Source: Candidatus Improbicoccus devescovinae
GTDB lineage: Bacteria; Bacillota; Clostridia; Oscillospirales; Acutalibacteraceae
Assembly (NCBI GenBank): GCA_036245095.1
Contig: BSWA01000002.1
Span: 2,691-66,690 of the forward strand
Direction of reading: 5' to 3'
Length of the DNA stretch: 64,000 bases
Below, piece by piece: positions 10,863-17,871 of this stretch. Each line of letters opens with the position of its first letter. Positions within the stretch are counted from its first letter, which is position 1. The translations under genes and the position numbers were made by a program. The notes below the pieces were generated by a model. The model was not told the DNA's origin, did no database searches, and saw only the letters and a program-made list of their open reading frames with translations.

Positions 10863-10940
10863 GCGCCTGTAGCTCAGCTGGATTAGAGTATTTGGCTACG
10901 AACCAAAAGGTCGGGGGTTCGAATCCCTCCAGGCGTACCA
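10863..10940 (+). tRNA. tRNA-Arg (anticodon ACG), CCA encoded
   Basis: Hand-folded cloverleaf. Acceptor GCGCCTG/CAGGCGT, anticodon stem TTTGG/CCAAA, loop CTACGAA, T arm GGGGG-TTCGAAT-CCCTC. Confidence 0.9.
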
Positions 10941-11212
10941 TCATCAAACCATAATTTTGATACAAGCCAGAATCGCAGTAATACTGCGGGTTTTAACGTT
11001 TAGGAGAAAATTTTAAAGTCTGATTTTTTAAATTTTTAAACCCAAAAGCGCATTTGTGCACACACCTCGGAGGAAAAGTTTCATTGTGCACCAGGCTAAC
11101 AAATGCAGTAAATATGCCATTTTTGCGAAAAAATCCATCTCACGGCAACCGTAAAAAAAATTGTGAAAATAGAGCATAATTTAAGTAATAAAACACGGAG
11201 GGGCAAAGTCTC

Positions 11213-11581
11213 ATGAGTGATATCAGTGAAGAAAGATTACAAGAATTAAAAGATTTAGCAAAACTTCTTGCTGTAAATGGTGTTAGAAATAATACGGAAT
11301 TAGAAAATTTACACGCTGGACGAGGACCTTCATCGGTTGTTGGAGATTATTCTGATATTAAGGCACTATCGCCTTATGGAGAAATCGAATGGAATAGGCT
11401 TTCTCGTATTAGCGATAAAGAAATGCGATCACTTATGTTAAGCATAGAGCGTGCACTAGAGAATACACTAATTTCATATGAAAAAGCCGATCAAAAAACG
11501 AAAAAGGACATACTAAAATTTTTCAAAATCCAACGGTCATATGATTATGATATTTCATGTTCATCGTCCACAAAAATATAA
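11213..11581 (+). CDS. hypothetical protein (122 aa), island-borne
   Basis: GGAGGGG RBS. Identical copy at 56488-56856. No motif recognised. Confidence 0.6.
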   Translation: MSDISEERLQELKDLAKLLAVNGVRNNTELENLHAGRGPSSVVGDYSDIKALSPYGEIEWNRLSRISDKEMRSLMLSIERALENTLISYEKADQKTKKDILKFFKIQRSYDYDISCSSSTKI

Positions 11582-11929
11582 CTATTTCATTGATTTTAAG
11601 AGCGGTATAATATTTTGCAAATCTCCGTCCGCCACCATCAATGTTTTTATGTTTTCTGCCGTCAATGTTTCAACAAAATTTATAATTTTTGAAGTTGAAC
11701 GGCTGTAACGGCTTAGATTTTCGGCTATTATCGCGTCTATTTTATAATGTTTAATTAATTCATAAATTTTTTCAAATCCATCTTGTTTTTTACCAATTTC
11801 TTTGATCACATTAACAACTTCAAAACCGCACAGTGCTGCGTAATCCCTTGTGTTTTGTTCTTGAAGATCTAATGCTTTATTGGCATTGTTACTTGTTGCC
11901 ACGCGGCAGTATAAAATTGCTTTTTTCAT
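11582..11929 (-). CDS. small serine-recombinase catalytic-domain protein, probably inactive (catalytic Ser replaced by Ala)
   Basis: MKKAILYCRVATSN aligns with the resolvase YxRVSTxxQ motif with S->A. AENLSRYSRS replaces the conserved DRLxR. No DNA-binding domain. Start taken at the internal ATG just after the stop of the large recombinase. Confidence 0.55.
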   Translation of the reverse strand: MKKAILYCRVATSNNANKALDLQEQNTRDYAALCGFEVVNVIKEIGKKQDGFEKIYELIKHYKIDAIIAENLSRYSRSTSKIINFVETLTAENIKTLMVADGDLQNIIPLLKSMK

Positions 11930-11937
11930 AAATTGCT

Positions 11938-13287
11938 CTAACTGCCGTTGTTGCAGGCATTTTGATTGCTCCTTTCTAAAGATTTTTGTCTTGCTTTTTC
12001 TTTCATTTCTGGCGTCCAAGATTCACTTCGAGACTTGTAACTCCACACTTTTCGCATAATTGTCCCGTTCTGAAAAATAAAATTGAGACTTCCAGCTTTG
12101 GAAATCTCAATCAGATTTATTTCTTTGAATTTTTCCTTAAATTTTTCTTCGTTAAATTCCGATAAATTAAGTATTTCTGCTATTTTTGATTTCAAAATTT
12201 CCTCAGGAACTTGTTTTGAACTGCATTCAAATTTGCCTTTTAGGTTAAACGATGAACAAATCCAAACTGCTTTTTCATATTTTGTTCCGACGCCATTAAT
12301 TTTCCTTCTATAATTTTTACCGCAGATTTCGCATTTTATCTTGCTTGTGAACAGGTATTTTGATTCTGATTTTAGTTTGTTTTTAGGCTTGTAAATTTCA
12401 GCTCTTCTTCTAATTTCATTTTGAACTTTATCAAAAATTTCTCTGTCAATTATTGCTTCATGACTGTTTTTGACCAGATACATTGGCAATTCACCGCTAT
12501 TTTTAATCTTTTTCTTCTCAAGATGATTATTGACGTATGTTTTCTGAAAAAGCATATCGCCGACATATTTTTCATTTCTTAAAATTTTATCAATTGTGCT
12601 TTCGTTCCAAAAATCACTGATTTTCGGCTTTATTTTAAGTTTATTAAGCTTCTTCATAATGGCGTTTTTGCCTAATCCTTCAAGGTAATTTTTAAAAATT
12701 ATTTTTATGATTTTGGCTTCTTTAGTAGTTATTTCTAGTCTGCCGTTTTTTAATTCATATCCATAAATTTTAAAATTGTTCGGTATCCCTGATTTGAATT
12801 TCTTTCTCAGTTTCCATTTGCAATTTTCAGAAACAACTCTTGATTCTTCTTGTGCATAGCTCGCAAGAATTGTAAGCATCAGCTCGCCATCTTCACTCAG
12901 ACTGTGAATTTTTTCCTGTTCAAAATAGACGTCAACACTCAAATTTTTGAGTTCTCTGGTAATTAAGAGCATATCCACCGTGTTTCTCGCAAATCTAGTG
13001 ATTGACTTACAAATAATCATATCGATTTTGCCTTTACGACAGTCTTGAATAAGCTTTTGAAATTCAGGCCTCTCGCCTTTTGTGCCGGTATAGGCTTTAT
13101 CAATGTAAACTCCTGTATATTCCCAATTTTTATGATTTTGGATATAATCGCTGTAATAACTGACTTGCGCTGACAATGAATGGAGCATCGCCTCTTTGCC
13201 GTCAGAAACTCTGGCGTAAGCCACAACACATTTTTTATTCAAAAAGTGACAGTTTTTTGGCTCAATTTTTGTAATATTTTTCTTCAT
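11938..13287 (-). CDS. large serine recombinase (449 aa)
   Basis: YARVSD catalytic motif, SITRFARN, recombinase domain, Cys-rich zinc ribbon (CEICGKNY...WICSS...ECSSK). Confidence 0.85.
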   Translation of the reverse strand: MKKNITKIEPKNCHFLNKKCVVAYARVSDGKEAMLHSLSAQVSYYSDYIQNHKNWEYTGVYIDKAYTGTKGERPEFQKLIQDCRKGKIDMIICKSITRFARNTVDMLLITRELKNLSVDVYFEQEKIHSLSEDGELMLTILASYAQEESRVVSENCKWKLRKKFKSGIPNNFKIYGYELKNGRLEITTKEAKIIKIIFKNYLEGLGKNAIMKKLNKLKIKPKISDFWNESTIDKILRNEKYVGDMLFQKTYVNNHLEKKKIKNSGELPMYLVKNSHEAIIDREIFDKVQNEIRRRAEIYKPKNKLKSESKYLFTSKIKCEICGKNYRRKINGVGTKYEKAVWICSSFNLKGKFECSSKQVPEEILKSKIAEILNLSEFNEEKFKEKFKEINLIEISKAGSLNFIFQNGTIMRKVWSYKSRSESWTPEMKEKARQKSLERSNQNACNNGS

Positions 13288-13335
13288 AATTTTTTAATCC
13301 TCCATTCATATATATCCATATATTAAGGCTATTAG

Positions 13336-13518
13336 TCAAGGTTTAATGCGGTTTTTCAGGTGATTTAGCTCACCAAAAATTGGTTTGTATTTTTTGATTA
13401 ATTTGTCATTAACTACATCAAAATCTTTTTTGGAAATAACGCTGTTTTTAAGCATAGATTTTATAAGTAAAATTGAAATTTGATAATTTTTTTCGCGTTC
13501 AAATTGTTTATCTGTCAT
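13336..13518 (-). CDS. small conserved hypothetical protein (60 aa) next to the recombinase
   Basis: ORF overlaps the antirepressor stop by 11 nt. Identical second copy. Function unknown. Confidence 0.45.
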   Translation of the reverse strand: MTDKQFEREKNYQISILLIKSMLKNSVISKKDFDVVNDKLIKKYKPIFGELNHLKNRIKP

Positions 13519-14301
13519 TTAGCCGCACCACGCCAAGAAAGTAATTTACAAAATATTGCTGACCTTTACCTGTAACTTTAGTGGTTTTATTTACAGTGAT
13601 GTGCCCGTCAGAATGAGTAATTGCGGTTTCTTTTATTTTGAAAAGTTCCAGTTCCATCGATTTTTGTGTCGGCATATTGTAATCAGTACCGTTACGTTTT
13701 ATGAGATATCCGTCTTGACGAAGCTTTTCGAATAAACGATTTTGTCCGATTTCGATACCGTTACCTTTCAGAATTTTTGCGAGTTCGCCAATTAAAATTG
13801 TGCCATCGGAAACTGAGACAGCATCTGCAAAAATTACTTTCGGCTTATCTTTTTTAGACTGAATTTGCAGATATTCTTTTTCAGCACGCTCAATTTTTAA
13901 AGCCTGTGCCATTTCGATGAGCAAATCAGGATTATTTAGTAGTTCTTTTGTGGCATACATTCCGTGTTTGCGGATGGATGGCAAGACTTCATCGAAAACC
14001 CAACGTTCAAATTTTTCTGCTTTTAATTTTATTTCAGAATTTTTGTTCTGGTCAGCTGCTTTGATTATCAGACGATAAACATCGCCTTCAGAGATTACGT
14101 TCGTTTCTTGAATTCCTCCAACCGAAGGTATTCCCAACTTGGAAATACCTTTGCAGTGGTCGTGAACTGCTTTACTTGGGTTGGCATAATCTAAATTTTT
14201 TGCGACATCAATGCTAACAAAATGAGGTGAGGATTACCCTCAATTAAAATTGTTCTAATTTCGCCAAATTCCTCATTTTTAAAAATTGTAAGTTCATTCA
14301 T
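13508..14301 (-). pseudogene. phage antirepressor (BRO-N/AntA N-terminus + KilAC C-terminus) frameshifted by a 5-bp duplication
   Basis: N-terminus MNELTIFKNEEFGEIRTILIEGNP is in one frame. The rest (HFVSIDVAKNLDYANPSKAVHDH...KilAC) is in another. A tandem CCTCA CCTCA (coding strand; 14223-14232 on plus) causes the shift. Confidence 0.75.
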
Positions 14302-14377
14302 ATTAAAAAATCCTCCAAAATTTAATTTAAAATTAAGCATGAAAAAGGAGCCGTTTTACGGCTCCAAGTAATAATAT

Positions 14378-14785
14378 TTATGGGCTTTTGTAACGAAAAT
14401 TAATGTAACATTGATGACTGCAATAAATTCTTTTGCTATTTTGATAATCTGTAAATTTCTTGCCGCAATGCTTACAAATTACTATATTTTTGGGCTTATT
14501 TGTATAGATATTTCGATTTTTGTTCCAGCAACGATTTTTACAAGTTTTACAGCAAAATTTCTCTGGTTTAGTTTTTTTATCCAGAATCAGCGCTTTGCTG
14601 CAGTTTTTACAAAAATTTTGAGATTTATCATCTTTTATTTTCAAAACTTTAAAATTATTCCGTCTACAAAACGACTTGATTGTGTTTGCTGAAACTCCAG
14701 TAACTCCTGCAATTTTAGTATAGCTTTCACCATCTTCTCGCATTCTCTGAATTTTAAATCTTTGCGTCGTATCCAACAAAATCAC
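14378..14785 (-). CDS. small HTH (sigma-70 region-4-like) plus Cys-rich zinc-ribbon protein
   Basis: ESYTKIAGVTGVSANTIKSFCRRN helix-turn-helix followed by CxxC pairs (CKNC, CKTC, CKHC, CSHQC). GTG start. Confidence 0.6.
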   Translation of the reverse strand: MILLDTTQRFKIQRMREDGESYTKIAGVTGVSANTIKSFCRRNNFKVLKIKDDKSQNFCKNCSKALILDKKTKPEKFCCKTCKNRCWNKNRNIYTNKPKNIVICKHCGKKFTDYQNSKRIYCSHQCYINFRYKSP

Positions 14786-14786
14786 C

Positions 14787-15611
14787 TCAGCTGTTAGGAA
14801 TTTTCAAAACTTGTCCGGGATAAATTTTATCGCCGATAATGCCGTTAAGTTCCGCAATCTTACGCCATCTTGTACCGCTTCCAAGTTTCATCAAGGCAAC
14901 GCCCCATAATGTATCATCTGTGACCACAGTGTAAGTGTGGTAATTCGGTTGGTTTACTGAAATTGACTCGTTTTTTTAAAATCCATTTAGACCATTAGTT
15001 TTCATAATCTGCGGATAATCTTTGTAGCTTTCGTTTAAATCAACATTTCCGCTAATTCCATCGATTTTGCCTTGATCAGACTTCTGCCAAATCCCGCAAT
15101 TTATCGAAGGTTTGGTGGTATTCCACTGAGCGAGCCACAAATCAAATTCATTCAAAAGTTCATCTTTATTGAGATAATTTTGAAGCCAATTTAGGTTCAT
15201 ATAAATCATTGCATAATAGCCTGAATCTTCGATTTTTTCACAGAAAGCCTTACAAATGTTGGTTTTTTGGCGATTTGTGAGCGCCAACATCGTACGATCT
15301 TCAATGTCAAAAATTATTGGGTATTCAAATTGCTTGTTTGCGATATTTTTTAGACAAAATTCAGCCTCCAAAACGGCATCGTTTGCGGAATCTGCATAAG
15401 AATAATGATATGAACCTATGCAAATCCCTGCTGATTTTGCACCTGCGTAGTTTTGTTCGAAAAATTTATCTTTTTGGTTAGGTGATTCTTTTCCCCAGCC
15501 GGACCTGATTATTGCAAACTCCACGCCATTGTTTTTGGACTTTTGCCAATTAATATTGACGTTCCACTTTGAGACATCAATTCCGTTAAATTTCATATTC
15601 TTAACCTCCAA
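14787..15611 (-). pseudogene. GH25 muramidase-LysM endolysin split by an in-frame TAA (GH25 part 14976-15611, LysM part 14787-14975)
   Basis: The GH25 ORF ends ...NGLNGF-TAA. The same frame continues KNESISVNQPNYHTYTVVTDDTLWGVALMKLGSGTRWRKIAELNGIIGDKIYPGQVLKIPNS-TGA, a canonical LysM domain. Confidence 0.7.
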
Positions 15612-15815
15612 TTATGTTCTTTGCAAATTCATACGTGCCTGTTGACCCAAGCAAAATAGGAATTAAATTGAAAATTCCCAAAACTATGCCATTAAATGAA
15701 AAATCGCCCACAATGAAGTGCACCCCTTTGTTAAACTTAGACTTTTGTCTAAATTTTGGGGTGCAGTTCACAAAGGCGATTCTTACGATTGTTACAATAC
15801 TTGAAATTATTAAAT
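15601..15815 (-). pseudogene. holin remnant (3' two-thirds only; 5' end deleted at the IS-A junction)
   Basis: Matches 52254-52468 of the intact holin-like gene in copy 2. Homology stops at 15815, where truncated IS-A begins. Confidence 0.7.
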
Positions 15816-16671
15816 AAATTGGATTTTTATGTCTAAATATGATTTAATAATATCGGTGATGAAAATTGACAAGATATGAAAAAGCTATGAGATTACAAGA
15901 TGCAGATTTTAAGCAATTAATAGGTGTAAAAAAAGAAACTTATAGTGCGATGATTGCTCAGCTTCAAATAGCTTACGCTGAAAAGCACAAACGTCGAGGC
16001 AGGCACACAAAATTAACACTTCAAGATCAATTATTTATGGCTTTGAAGTACTGGCGACAGTATGTGACACAAAAAGAATTGGCATTTGAGTTTGAGGTTG
16101 GCGAAGCAACAACGCACGACACAATCGTTTGGGTCGAAGATACACTGATTAAAAGCAGAAAATTCAGTTTACCCGGCAAAAAAGCATTACTTGAAAATAA
16201 CGAGATAGAAATTGTGGTTGTTGATGTTATGGAAAGTCCGGTCGAACGCCCTAAAAAAAACAGCGTCAGTGGTATTCAGGAAAGAAAAAAAGGCATACCA
16301 TAAAAACGCAACTAATTGTAAATCGACAAACAAAAGATATTATCTGTATTGCCCATGCTGAAGGAAAAACTCACGACTTTAAACTTTATGAGGAAAGTAT
16401 AGGATATGCGATTTCAAATGATAAAAAAGTCCAAGGAGACAGCGGTTATCAGGGAATTTTGAGATTACACAAAAACAGCGAAACTCCAAAGAAAAAACCA
16501 AGAAAAGGCACACTCACTGCCGAAGAAAAATCTGAAAATCGGCGTATTTCAAAAGAACGAATCATAATTGAAAACATAAATGCAAAAATTAAAGTTTTTA
16601 AAATAGTAGCAAACAAATACCGTAATCGACGTACTCGGTTTAAATTAAGAATGTCTTTGTTGTGCGGATTA
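15816..16671 (+). mobile_element. IS-A copy 1: lacks the first roughly 12 nt of its left end, 3' end interrupted by IS-B
   Basis: orfA (15866-16303) is identical to the two other copies. orfB is readable in the -1 frame. Sequence diverges from IS-A at 16672, where the IS-B terminal repeat starts. Confidence 0.8.
16253..16260 (+). promoter_or_regulatory. A8 slippery run: candidate programmed -1 frameshift site joining IS-A orfA and orfB
   Basis: CCT AAA AAA AAC. A -1 slip gives PKKKQRQWYSGKKKRHTIKTQ..., stop-free into the DDE region (GDSGYQG, IIENINAKIK). Same run in all three copies. Confidence 0.5.
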
Positions 16672-17039
16672 GATAGTGTCTACACAAAATTTGACATTCT
16701 TAAATCAATGAAATAAACTTAAAAACTATGAATAATTTACAAAACAGACATGATTTAAAAAACGAACAATGGCTTAAAATAGAACCGATAATCAAGAGAA
16801 CGAATCATAATTGAAAACATAAATGCAAAAATTAAAGTTTTTAAAATAGTAGCAAACAAATACCGTAATCGACGTACTCGGTTTAAATTAAGAATGTCTT
16901 TGTTGTGCGGATTAGATAGTGTCTACACAAAATTTGACATTCTTAAATCAATGAAATAAACTTAAAAACTATGAATAATTTACAAAACAGACATGATTTA
17001 AAAAACGAACAATGGCTTAAAATAGAACCGATAATCAAG
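16554..17039. repeat. 243-bp tandem duplication (2 units) spanning the IS-A/IS-B junction
   Basis: 16554-16796 repeats at 16797-17039. Each unit has the last roughly 118 bp of interrupted IS-A plus the first 125 bp of IS-B. Confidence 0.85.
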
Positions 17040-17503
17040 AAATTAATCGGAACTTGGGGAGGAAGCAACGCAAAAGATAATCAAACTTTTGTGAATGCCT
17101 GTTTTTGGATAACTCGAACAGGTGCACCATGGCGTGATTTGCCACCGCAATATTATTATCACAGAAGGTACCAAAGCTGATTGCAAAATGGCTATCCCTC
17201 TCATTAAAGGGATAAAAGCTGAGAATTTACTTGCCGACAGAGGCTATGATAGCAATGAAATTGTTGAGTTTGCAAAAAAATGTGGTATGAATATAATTAT
17301 CCCACCAAAAAAGAATCGGAAGATTCAACGAGAATATGATAAATACTTGTACAAGTTACGCCATTTGGTTGAAAACGCTTTTTTAAAACTAAAACGACTT
17401 CGTGGTGTAGCCTCGCGTATGCAAAAACGACTTCTTCTTTTCGAGGTGCGGTCACGATTGCTTCAATTTTACAGTGGTTGAGGATTCTTGTGTAGACACT
17501 ATC
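16672..17503 (+). mobile_element. IS-B: IS5-family element (APWRDLP-type N-terminus) with an internal deletion, inserted into IS-A
   Basis: Perfect 16-bp terminal inverted repeats GATAGTGTCTACACAA / TTGTGTAGACACTATC. The ORFs give the N-terminus (..FWITRTGAPWRDLPPQY) and DDE C-terminus (ADRGYDS, LVENAFLKLK), but the middle of the transposase is missing. Confidence 0.75.
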
Positions 17504-17506
17504 TAG

Positions 17507-17853
17507 ATTTGTAAGCGGATGTCTTTTAGTTTTCTTTTTTGGAATTTCTGAATTTTTATGGAATTTATGAATTCCTTGAAATTTTGTATGCATAAGATTC
17601 TGATATTCCGTAGTTTACGTCAATATGAAAATAGGTTCTGTGCTCTCTTAGATATTCTAAAGAGTCATCAAAACCATTTTTTCCATAGATAGCTTATTTT
17701 TTCGGCCTCCTCTAGCTTTGTTTATCTGGTGAGCGACTTCTACGATTTCTATCATTTTTTAAAGGTTTCTTTTTTGACTCCTGCGAGTCTTCTAAATTTT
17801 TTTGTTCCATATTTTATATTATAACTTATTTTTTAAGTTTGGAAAGAAGTCTA
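17507..17853 (-). mobile_element. IS-C fragment (internally deleted, left end retained)
   Basis: Ends ...TAAGTTTGGAAAGAAGTCTA at 17853. Contains KKKTKRHPLT and YGISESYAYKI coding remnants joined by a deletion. Confidence 0.7.
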
Positions 17854-17871
17854 ATATATTTTTACTCAAGT

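Larger units (their letters stand above)
10941..15815. repeat. left arm of the 4,875-bp inverted repeat (prophage/island remnant, copy 1)
   Basis: Every ORF translation in this span recurs identically on the opposite strand at 52254-57128. Paired coordinates sum to 68069. Spot-checked nucleotides are identical. Confidence 0.9.
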
